Assembly: GCA_951406725.2 (NCBI GenBank)
Contig: OX597815.1
Span: 178,684,001-178,748,000, forward strand
Reading direction: 5' to 3'
Length of the DNA: 64,000 nucleotides
Origin: Octopus vulgaris
Lineage: Eukaryota
The notes under the pieces were generated by a model. That model saw only the letters and a program-made list of their open reading frames with translations, was not told the DNA's origin and did not search any database. A program made the translations under genes and the position numbers. Positions 13,410 through 23,770 of the stretch are shown here, in pieces; within the stretch, counting starts at the first letter, position 1, and every line of letters starts with the position of its first letter.

Positions 13410-13500
13410 CCCTTTCAAAATCATATCTGCTATCATAGAGAATGGTATGAGAAGGCTAGTGGCTAGTGTGCCCATCAGGGATGATGTTAGGTAACAACCC
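13410..13500 (-). CDS. SLC35F5: SLC35F5 coding exon 10
   Basis: GCYLTSSLMGTLATSLLIPFSMIADMILKG resembles recalled human [30 protein letters not shown]. ttgtag acceptor, GGG|gtaaga donor, 91 nt, phase 2-0. Confidence 0.95.
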
Positions 13501-15401
13501 CTACAATAACAACAGGAAATGACATTTAGGCATTGAACAAGATACTCTTGGACATAAAACATACATAAAACATATAAACATACTCAATGACACTGGCTCT
13601 GATTTGATCCCAACCAATAACATCATATTGCTATTTGCTATTTACATGTGCAAGATTTTAAATTTATAAGGCAGAAGAAAGGGGATGTCATGATATTCAT
13701 AGCTTATCGCCTTACCCGTGAAAAAAATGGAAAAAAAAGATAAAAACAATAATGATCTTAAGTAAACTGAAATGGTTCCAAACCAGGATTGAACCTTGAT
13801 TCAAGGTTCAGTCATTCAAGAATTACTCTCTACTGAGCAGTGGATTTGATTTCTATTTTACCAAGACGCAAGTGGACATAAGTATAACTATGTGCTTTGT
13901 TTTAGATAACACACTGGCTTTCAAAATCTGAACCGACAGCCCCGTCTACACAACCAAGGATGATATTCTTTTCTACTCTAGACACAAGGGCCAACCTCGG
14001 TAGAATTTTACCCGGCATGCTAATGTTTCTGTCAACTCACTGCCTTAAAAACTGATGGAAATATTCTTTTCTACTCTAGGCACAAGGCCCAAAATTTTGG
14101 GGGAGCACAGTCGATTAGATCGACCCTAGTACACAACTGGTACTTAATTTATCGACCCTGAAAGGCCGAAAGGCAAAGTCAACCTCAGCAGAATTTGAAC
14201 TCAGAATGTAAAGACAGACGAAATACCGCTAAGCAATTCGTCCAGCATGCTAACGATTCTGCCAGCACACCGCCTTACAGCTGAGGATGAGATCAACACA
14301 TTGCTGAGTGAAGCTAGTCCATTAGCCATTAAGGAATGGTATTTAACTCGTGTTTGTTGGCTTGGCTCAGCTTACCTACCTATAAGAAGGTAAGAGCAAA
14401 GACAAGCATAACTTATTAGTGCCAGTAAATAGTGGCAGTGCACCACGGAACAAATACTGCCTTACCTCTCAGTGCTGGGTTCAAGCCCTCTCGTAGGACA
14501 AGTAAAGAAGAAGAGTGCTACAAGAAGTATTAATTATTGAATATCAATAAGAGATAAACAACAACTGCACTTCGATGAGTTTTCTTGTAGCACAACGAAG
14601 TGAAGACATGAGGCTCATCTGTTAAGGTATATGGCTCACAATTATAAGGTCCCGAGTTCAATTCCTGACAGCACTTTATTTCACATTGCTCCAGTCCACT
14701 CAGCTGGCAAAAAGTGACAAGTACCTGCATTTCAAAGGGCCAGCCTTGTCACACTGAATCTCTCTGAAAATTACATATGGGGTACACATGTCTGTGGAAT
14801 ACTCAGTCACTTGCATGCTAATTTCATTAGCAGGCTGTTCTATTAATCAGATCAGATGGAACAGCCTGCTCGTTATGGAGTGCCAGTTAATGAAGGGAAT
14901 AATGATTATCATCAATTCCTTCAGTTCAGTTCTAACAGCAGAGAAGAAATATTTTTAACACTACTTCCTAGTTTAACCCTTTAGTGTTCTGATTATTCTA
15001 TCAAACATAATGCTTACTGATTCCCATTGATTTGAATTAATCATGTATTATCTCATATCTTCAAGCTATTGATGGTGTAATTACTTAATGTAGAATAACA
15101 TTGTAGGGTAGGTGTGAGAGCCTGGATGTGGTCAGTTTGAACATAAAACAGATTAAATATTTTGGCTGGATATGGCCGGTTTAAATACTAAAGGGTTAAT
15201 AATCGAATCTCTCTAGAATTTACATAAATGAGAACATTTCCATGTTTCCATATATGGATTTAATCAGCCTTATGGAAGATTAAAACCAGCCAGTAAAAAT
15301 GTTTGTAACATGGAATTATTGTTGTTTGTTTGACTTTGAAAAAGAATTCAGCTGTCAGTGAGACAAAGAAAAAAAAAGAAAAATGCCTATAATCAACATA
15401 C

Positions 15402-15561
15402 CATATCCAAAGAATTTCTGTTAAAGCTGTTCCTACCATTCCGCTGATGGCCAAAAACATCCATTGTTTGTCACTTGGCCACTCAAATAATTCCAACTTA
15501 CTATAATGAAAAATAAAGAAGCCAGGCCACAACAGCGTCGTACTGAAGAATCCAACAAAAC
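15402..15561 (-). CDS. SLC35F5: SLC35F5 coding exon 9
   Basis: GFVGFFSTTLLWPGFFIFHYSKLELFEWP...GMVGTALTEILWIW resembles recalled human [20 protein letters not shown]...GLIGTVLSEFLWLW. tttttacag acceptor, TG|gtatgt donor, 160 nt, phase 1-2. Confidence 0.95.
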
Positions 15562-16097
15562 CTGTAAAAAAAATAATAATTCGTTTTCTAAATGAACAAA
15601 AATTTTAAAATATAAATAGCAAGAAAAACATAAGTAATAATTAGAAATATATTTTAGTTAAATTTTGTTGTCTTAGGAGGGTCATTATGCCAATAATAAT
15701 AAACACATGCACTGGTTCAATATCACTTCTTTATTGTTAGTCAGTTGGTTACATATCTAACCAGTTGACTAACCAATCATTTGTTTAATGTGCTGGTTAA
15801 ACAATCAATTGCTTGTTTGTTTGTCAAAGGTTCTTTCACTGCTATTCCTGATCTTAACAACAACACACCAACTCTCTTCAAAGTCTCTTCTACCAACCTT
15901 ATATGCAGCATACTTCAGTGAGAATCTTATGGTACACATTTCATCTGCATCCAGCTGAACCATGCCATACACATCAGAGTTAAAGCTGTCCAGTAGCTTA
16001 CACTCCCAACATAACAATTCCACTGATGTTGTTTGGTCATCTACTTTGGTTTCTACCATGTTGTGATCATTGTTACAATTTAAGATAATTCTACAAT

Positions 16098-16344
16098 TGT
16101 GGTGTCGGTGGAGAGGACGACAGATGAGGTGGGTGGAAGTAGGGCTTGCAGGGGCCAGTAGAAGTCTGGAGGGCGCATGTGCACGGGGAAGCGGTCAAGC
16201 GGGACGCACGTGTGGCGATCGAAGAAGTGGGCAGTTCGAGCATAGACGAGGAAGCGACAGGACGTGTCGAATCTGTAAGAGACCTGATCTTCGCCGACGT
16301 AAGACCTATTTGTATTTCTTCTCCTCTTCATCCATCACACAACA
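16098..16344. mobile_element. Solo LTR
   Basis: GC/CpG-rich 247-bp block with TGT...ACA termini and a perfect 5-bp TSD ACAAT (16093-16097, 16345-16349). Confidence 0.7.
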
Positions 16345-16846
16345 ACAATGTTAACCCTTTCAATACCAACCTGGCTGAAACCACCTCTGGCGTTGTAGTA
16401 CAAATGTCTTGTTTTCGTTAAGTTTTGAATAAAAATCTTCCTCACAATTTATGTTCCTAACACAAGCTGAATGATAACCAACTTATTTTACTGAATTCTT
16501 TGTTATGTAATTGAAAGAAACACAGAGCATCTCAACAGAAATGTGGTAACAAAAGGGTTAACAAATGGTTAATTTAACCCTTTTGATACCAACCCACCTG
16601 AAACTGCCCCCAGCTCTGTGGTACACTAGCTGAATGATGACTAAGTTATTTTACTAAATTCTTTGTTATATTTAAAATTAATTGAAAGAAGCACAGTGCA
16701 TTTCAAAATAAATACGGTAACAAAAGGGTGAAGTCCATTGGATGGGATCTGATGAAAGAACAGCTCCGACCAGTAATGAATGTGATGTCACTGATGACAA
16801 TGGTTAAATGAAATCTATAAGAAAAAGTCATATAAAGTTGCCTTAC

Positions 16847-17013
16847 CCAAAAACATAGGCAGATCAAGTTTGTCTTCATGATCAGCTTTTTTTTTCAACA
16901 CAACCAAATATATTGCAGTAAAGACTGCACTGGCAATGGTCCATACAGCACTTGCAGGAATCCCATTCTTAATTTTTGTATCTGATAAACTAACAAAGAC
17001 TACACCACACATA
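16847..17013 (-). CDS. SLC35F5: SLC35F5 coding exon 8
   Basis: MCGVVFVSLSD...YLVVLKKKADHEDKLDLPMFL resembles recalled human [21 protein letters not shown]. ttttgcag acceptor, G|gtaagg donor, 167 nt, phase 2-1. Confidence 0.95.
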
Positions 17014-17471
17014 CTGCAAAAGACAAAAAGAATAAAAAAAAAACAGAATGAAAATAATAAAAGGAAAGACAGCAAGCATAAAATAAAAATGATACTTCAA
17101 GGTTCAATACCATGATGTGACACTTTGGGCAAGTTTCCTCAACCTTAGCCTCAAGTTGGCTAATACCTTGTTAGTAGATTAAGATACAAGTTCAAATCCT
17201 GCCGAGGTCGACTTTGCCTTTTATCCTTTCAGGGTCAATAAATTAAGTACCAGTGAAACACTGGGGTTGATGTAATTGACTAGACCCCTCCTCCAAAATT
17301 TCAGGCCTGGTGTCTTTAGTAGAAAGGGTATTAAGATACAAGGTATGTTTGTGAGCATGCAAGCAAGACTAAGTATGTTGACACATTGAAATGGTATTGC
17401 TCTGTGTTATGTGGTAAAATGTATTTTTGGGACTTGATAGTCTGGGAGAGGCTGAAAGAGTTAAAAGTCAT

Positions 17472-17642
17472 AGGTGCAGGAGTGGCTGTGTGTTAAGTAG
17501 CTTGCTTACAAACCACATGGCTCCAGGTTCAGTCCCACTGCGTGGCACCTTGGGTGAGTATCTTCTACTATAGCCTCGGGCCAACCAAAGCCTCGTGAGT
17601 GGATTTGGTAGACGAAAACTGAAAGAAGCCCATCGTGTATGT

Positions 17643-17688
<46 letters not shown>

Positions 17689-17900
17689 ATATGTTTGTGT
17701 GTCTGTGTTTGTCTCCCCAACATCGTTTGACAGCCGATGCTGGTGTGTTTACGTCCCCGTAACTTAGCAGTTCGGTAAACGGAGCCCGATACAATAAGTA
17801 TTAGGCTTACGATGAATAAGTCCTGGGGGTCGATTTGCTCAACTAAAAGCGGTGCTCCAGCATGGCCACAGTCATATGACTGAAACAAGTAAAAAGAGTA
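17472..17900 (+). mobile_element. tRNA-derived SINE family 1 (internal (TA)n/(TG)n tract), full-length representative
   Basis: Head GGAGTGGCTGTGTG..TAAG with B box GGTTCAGTCCC, tail ...CAGCATGGCCACAGTCA..TGACTGAAACAAGTAAAAGAG. Other approximate copies: 2295-2637(-), 4343-4545(-), 4545-4920(+), 9552-9958(-), 20745-21036(+), 30290-30668(-), 34540-34941(-), 35280-35612(-), 40110-40490(+), 40605-40972(-), 42830-43413(-), 45120-45476(+), 46771-47110(+), 51008-51388(-), 51838-52220(-), 52510-52860(-), 57325-57735(+). Confidence 0.85.
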
Positions 17901-18460
17901 AAAAAAAAAAAAAAAAAAAAAATGAGTCTATCCTTTGAATGAAGGCAGGAATAATATGCAGTGATATACATCTGGAAAATCCGGGAAGGACTCATACCAA
18001 ACTTCAGCATTGAAAGCTACACAAACAGCACAACAACAAGTGGTTTTACAGTGATTTCAAATTTTGGCCCATGACCAGTAAATTTAAGGGGAATGGGGTA
18101 AGTCAATTCCACTGACCCCAGTTATCAACAGGTACCTTTTTTTTTTTTTTATTAACCTTGAAAATATGAAAGCGTAGTCCACCTTGGCAGCATTTGAACT
18201 CCGACAATAAAAAACTGGAGGGAATGCCATTAAACACATCAACAACTCTGTCAGCTTCTCCATCTTACTCTCTCGATTCTATAATAACAATGCCTTACTG
18301 TATCAGTTCAATGGGGTTTGTTGCCCATTTCATTGTCAGGCTTTGATTCATACATTTGCTTCTTATCAATGCAATCAGAACTAAATATTGTGAAAATTGA
18401 AAGGCAGGCCTTGTGCCTAAAGTAGGAAAGAAAAAAAAAAAGAATATTTAATTCTTTACA

Positions 18461-19092
18461 AGGTGGCAAGCTGGCAGAATTGTTAGTACGCCAAGTGAAA
18501 TGCTTAGTGGTATTTCGTCTGCCATTACATTCTGAGTTCAAATTCTGCCGAGGTCGACTTTGCCTTTCATCCTTTCGAAGTCGATAAATCAAGTACCAGT
18601 TACGCACTGGGATTGATGTAATCAACTTAATCCGTTTGTCTGTCCTTGTTCATCCTCTCTGTGTTTAGCCCCTTGTGGGTAGTAAAGAAATAGGTATTTC
18701 ATCTGTCTTTACACTCTCAGTTCAAATTCTATCAAGGTCGACTTTGCCAGGTTGATAAAGTACGGGGATCGATCTAATCGACTGCCCCCCCTCCACACTC
18801 CCCCAAAATTTCGGCCCTTTTGCCTAGAGTAGAAAGGAATATCATCCTTGGTTGTGTAGACGGGGCTGTTGGTTCAGATTATGAAAGCCAGTGTGTTACC
18901 CCTTGTTGGTAGTAAAGAAATAGGTATTTCGTCAGTCTTTACATTCCGAGTTCAAATTCTGCCGAGGTCGACTTTGCCTTTCATCCTTTCGGCGTCGATA
19001 AATTAAGTCCCAGCTGCACACTGGGGTTGATCTAATCGACTGGCTCCACACTCCCGTAAAATTTCCGACTTTGTGCCTAGAGTAGAAAAGAA
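18461..19092 (+). mobile_element. SINE family 3 head-to-tail multimer (three units)
   Basis: The unit restarts at GGTATTTC(G/A)TC after TAAAGAAATA at about 18693 and 18923. Confidence 0.75.
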
Positions 19093-19123
19093 TAAAGGTG
19101 AAAACAGAGTTCATAAGACTTAC

Positions 19124-19293
19124 CCAAATGTTACTGCAGTCAATTTGGACAAAGAAAACCTATCGGCACTGTTACTAGGGAAAATGGTTGAACCTATGAG
19201 GGTGAAGAGACAAGTTGCAGAAGACATAACATTGACAATGTTCGTCTCATTCTCGTAGAGCCCCTTTTGGTAGCAGAAGTTCCCAACAAAATA
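19124..19293 (-). CDS. SLC35F5: SLC35F5 coding exon 7
   Basis: YFVGNFCYQKGL...IVNVMSSATCLFTLIGSTIFPSNSADRFSLSKL resembles recalled human [33 protein letters not shown]. ttgcag acceptor, GG|gtaagt donor, 170 nt, phase 0-2. Confidence 0.95.
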
Positions 19294-21131
19294 CTGCAAA
19301 TACACCAAGAAAATAGATAGATACACATTGAATAAAACGAACCAATAAAATGTAACATCAAAGAGCTACCACCTTCCTTCCTTCTTTACCCCAGGGGGTG
19401 GCCAAATGTCTCCCCTATAGTAAGACAACTATTCCCGTCCCCCCTAATATATTCTAACCTCTTGCCTGGCACACAGCCACTTACCTTGGTACCATTCCCT
19501 CTCTCAACTAAGAGGCCTTTGTCTTGCAAGTTACTCGGCAACCGCACTGATGCTGGTGCCACGTAAAGAGTACCTGTGCCAGTGTCACCCTAAAAAGCAT
19601 CCAGTCCGCTCCGTAAAGCGGTTGGAGTCAGGGAGAGCATCCAGTCACAGAGACCCTGCCAAAACAGACAAACGGAACCTGATGCAGCACTCCAGCTGGC
19701 CTGTTCCTCTCAAACCATCCAACCCATACATCATCATCATCATCATCAAAATCATCATTTAACGTCCGCTTTCCATGCTAGCATGGGTTGGACGATTTGA
19801 CTGAGGACTGGCCAACCAGATGGCAGTGCCAGGCACCAGTCTGATCGTGCAGAGTTTCTACAGCTGGATGCCCTTCCTAACGCCAACCACTCTGAGAGTG
19901 TAGTGGGTGTTTTTACGTGCCACCGGCACAAGGGCCAGTCTGGCGGTACTGGCAACGGCCACACTCAAAGTGGTGTTTTTTACGTGCCACCTGCACAGGA
20001 GTCAGTCCAGCGGCACTTGAAATGACCTCGCTCGAATGTTTTTTCATGTGCCAGTAAGGCGACCTTGGTAATGATCACGCTCAAATACTGCTTTTTACGT
20101 GCCACCGGCATGGAAGCTGTACAGCCGCTCTAGCAGTGATCCCGCTTGGATGGAGCTGTTAGCGCTCCACTGACACAGGTGCCGGTCATCGAATTTGGTT
20201 CAATTTCGATTTTCAATGAAAAAATGGATGTTAAATGATGATAATGACATGCAATAGTACTAACAACAGTTATACATTGATAATAAATACTAATCTATTT
20301 TAAAGACAGCCAAGTGTTTGAGGATCTTGTTTCTTTATGAAAAATTGTCTAATGTCCTAATGTCATATTTCTCTCCTTGTAAAAGATCTTATGAGCCACA
20401 AAGATTATCAGCAATCACAAAATTTCAGTCATAAATATGTTTCGGCCCAGCAGACTTGTTCTTCGTGCATCATTGAAATTTCCAAAAATTATTTGGCAAA
20501 CTTCCTGATGATGAAAGTATGGAGTGACCTTTTAAATCGAGAGGGTTATTCAGATTCTGATGTAGTAAAAATCCTTGTGCGAAACACTTGTCACAGAAGC
20601 CAGAATGAAGAAATATGAAGATGGTGTATCAGGTACTGAATTCTTAAGTAAATCTGCCAACCACCTGGAACAAGCATCATAAAAATAGTTTATATTTATT
20701 TATTCAAAATATATGTGAACATATTTATGAGACCTTATATATATAGGCATAGGAGTGGCTGTGTGGTAAGTAGCTTGTTTACGAACCCCATGGTTCTGGG
20801 TTCTGTCCCACTGCATGACGTCTTGGGCAAGTGTCTTCTATATCCTCGGGCCGACCAAAGCCTTGTGAGTGGATTTGGTAGACAGAAACTGTTGTGTATA
20901 TATGTGTGTGTGCGTGTGTGTATGTTTGTACCCCCAACATCGCTTGACAACCGATGTTGGCGTGTTTACATCCCTGTAACTTAGCGGTTTGGCAAAAGTG
21001 ACTGATAGAATAAGTACTAGGCTTACAAAGAATAAGGGATCTTTTTTTCATACAAAAATTTCTCAATGTGTCCCCAAAAGCTAAAACTAATTATCTTAAT
21101 AATTGTTAACATAAAGGGTAACTCTTTAAAT

Positions 21132-21317
21132 CAGTGGTTCTCAACAGTTTTAATATCAGGGTCAGATCCAAAATGGGTATTTGTTTTGTTTTTTTTTTAG
21201 GGGCCCACAACAAAATAAGTAAAACACAAGTCAGTTAAAAGAAAAATTTTGTGAAGGGCCACTGGGAGGATGCTTGAGGGCTGCATGAGCCCTGGGGCCC
21301 ACAGTTGAGAACTACTT
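21132..21317. mobile_element. hAT-type MITE
   Basis: TIRs CAGTGGTTCTCAAC / GTTGAGAACTACTT, with 8-bp TSD CTTTAAAT/CTTTAAAG. Confidence 0.75.
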
Positions 21318-21393
21318 CTTTAAAGAGTGCCAAGACAATGAAATTAACAAAAAACTGTCCAATAAAGTGAAAAGAACATGAAGATTTCCTTAC

Positions 21394-21530
21394 CAAGATG
21401 CAATATATTATGGCAACCTTTGCCAATTGTTTAAGGCTAAGTTTGCTTAAAGCTCGTAATTTAGCCTCTTCAGCTCGTATGGAGGCATTGTATGATAATC
21501 GGGCTATGACTGACTCTTCGGCATAGATAT
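21394..21530 (-). CDS. SLC35F5: SLC35F5 coding exon 6
   Basis: DIYAEESVIARLSYNASIRAEEAKLRALSKLSLKQLAKVAIIYCIL resembles recalled human LSRMSY...KLTATQVAKISFFFCFV. ctttcag acceptor, TTG|gtaagg donor, 137 nt, phase 1-0. Confidence 0.93.
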
Positions 21531-22629
21531 CTGAAAGGAAGAGAGAAAAGGAAAGAATCAGGGCCATGGAAATTCAATTGGGGACAAAGACATGCAAGAA
21601 TACATCCTTATTGTTGCACAGTTCTGAAAGCATCTTCTGTTCATTAAGGATGAATAACTACAAGGTATCAGCTGGCACTCCATTGATTATGATGATGTGG
21701 GTTACAGATGATCTGATCAATGGAACAGCCTGCTCGTGAAATTAATGTGCAAGTGGCTGAGTACTCCACAGACATGTGTACTCTTAACGTAGTTCTCGAG
21801 CAAATTTAGTGTGACGCAGAGTGTGACAAGGCTGGCCCCCATTGAATTACAGGTGCAACTTATTTTTGCCAGCTGAGTGGACTGGAGCAACGTGAAGTAA
21901 AGAGTCTTGCTCAAAGAAATAACACACTGCCAGGAATTGAACTCACGATCTTACAATTGCAAGCCGAATGCCTGAACCATGAAGCCAACATGCCTTCACT
22001 AGCATTGAGATAATGTTGATAGAAATACATTTCCCACTCAACTGCTTCTTTAGTCATACGACCAGTTCAGTGTCATTCACAAAATGCTCCAGATGACTAA
22101 AGACATTACATTATTCATCAAGCAAATCTTGTGACATTCCACATATGACTGGGTAACATCTATACACATGTTCTCTCTCTCTCTCTCTCTCTCTCTGTGT
22201 TTGTGTGTGTGTGTGCGCGCGTGTGTAAGAAATATGCAAGTACATATCCTATGTTGATATATGTGCATATATAATCAATGATATAAAATTCAGATAATAC
22301 ACCCACTTTACTGACAGTTATATAAATGCATCTTCTCCCTGACTTATGGTCTCTTAGACAACTCCTGCATGTATATACATATACACACACACATGTATAT
22401 ATAACAATCAGATCATTCATTTTCCTCCCATGGCTGTGTAAGGGCTTTCTTCTATTTTCTCTTCATAACTCGACGAGGGCACGCGACACATTTATCGGGA
22501 GTTGCATGTATGGATCAAAACAGTTTGATTCAAATTCCTTGGTACTTTGAGTTTCAAAGAGTGATGCATATCCTCGGCTGTTGGAAATTTGAATTCAAAT
22601 TTCCATATATATAAATATATATTGCATTT

Positions 22630-23130
22630 AGTTACATTTAAAGGATATTTGTCCTCATCTTGTTTGTTGTTAACACAATGTTTCAGCTGATATATCCTCC
22701 AGTCTTCATCAGGTGCCTTGGCGAAATTTCGAACCTGGGTTCTCATTCCTGAGGTATTTTTTGATATTATCATTATTCAGGTTACTGCCTGAAATCAAAC
22801 TCAGAATCTTAGGGTTAGTAGTCCATGCTCTTAGCCACTAAGCCATGGCCATATGGTGTAGTGGTTAAGAGTGTGGGCTACTAACACCAAGATTCTGAGT
22901 TCGATTCTTAGCAGTGACCTGAACAATAATAATTATAATAAAAATAATAATAATAACAACAACATCGAAATATACCTTAGAAATGAGAACTCAGTTTCGA
23001 AATTTCTCCAAGACACCTGATGAAGGCTGGAGGGTATATCAGCTGAAACGCTGTGTTAACAACAAACAAGATGAGGACAAATATCCGTCAATTGTAAATA
23101 ATTCCTCATCTCTTAAATATAGAACTGTAT
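22630..23130. mobile_element. Foldback element: two head-to-head arms, each tRNA-like head + (AAT)n + hammerhead motif + tail
   Basis: The left arm (minus, about 22630-22845) and right arm (plus, about 22850-23130) are reverse complements. A box TGGTGTAGTGG, B box GAGTTCGATTC; HHR cores at 22672-22717(-) and 23012-23057(+), both with substitutions. Confidence 0.8.
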
Positions 23131-23264
23131 ACTTTGATAGGTTTCGGCCATTATTGGCCCATGCCATGTCTAACTTAATAGCACCAGGCCACTAAATAAA
23201 GTTAGATGAGATAAGAATGTAGATTTGTCACAATAAGCTGGTGAGAACAAAGAAAATAACTTAC

Positions 23265-23327
23265 CAGAAAGTTGACGAATTTCTAAAAGATTATTAAACC
23301 GCACTATTGTTGTGTTCTCCCGGTCTG
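23265..23327 (-). CDS. SLC35F5: SLC35F5 coding exon 5
   Basis: (A)DRENTTIVRFNNLLEIRQLS resembles recalled human RVRFSNIMEIRQLP. Acceptor tttttcagCAG (tandem), donor TG|gtaagt, phase 1-1. Confidence 0.92.
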
Positions 23328-23589
23328 CTGAAAAAAGAGAGAGAGAAAATAATGGTTTCAAATTTTGGCACAAGGACAGCAATTTCGGGGGAGGAGGTAA
23401 CTTGATTAAATCGACCCCTGTGCTCAAGGGGGATTAATTTAATGCACCCTGAAAGGAAGAAAGGAAAAGAAAATGATTCTGCCAGCTTGCCGCCTTATTG
23501 AGGGAGAAAATATCAGCTCAAAGACATGCCATTCTTCTTCTTCTACTACTACTACTACTGTTGGTTGTTTTATTAAGGTGGTGTATATT

Positions 23590-23770
23590 AATAACATCAA
23601 CGATACCTTAGGAATGAGAACCCAGGCTCGAAATTTCCCCAAGACACCTGATGAAGGCTGGAGGGTATACCAGCCGAAACGTTGTGTTAACAATAAACAA
23701 GATGAGGACAAATATCCATTAAATGTAAATAATGTACATAATTCCTCATCTCTTAAATATAGAACTGTAT
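23590..23770 (+). mobile_element. 5'-truncated arm of the tRNA-head/hammerhead element
   Basis: Matches the 22970-23130 portion of the right arm, including the intact HHR and the tail ...cttaaatatagaactgta. Confidence 0.8.
23641..23688 (+). ncRNA. Minimal type-I hammerhead ribozyme motif, intact core
   Basis: GACAC-CTGATGA-a-GGCTGG[agggtata]CCAGCC-GAAA-CG-TT|GTGTT. Stem I is GACAC/GTGTT, stem II has 6 bp, stem III is the palindrome AACGTT, and GUU cleavage is predicted after 23683. Confidence 0.8.

Noticed and set aside
15805-16059. 84-aa intronic ORF
   Set aside because: It has no recognisable motif or splice support and is possibly a very old LINE remnant.
10186-23057. Idea that hammerheads sense to SLC35F5 are selectively inactivated
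   Set aside because: Antisense copies (23012, 28942) carry core mutations too, and the sample is too small.
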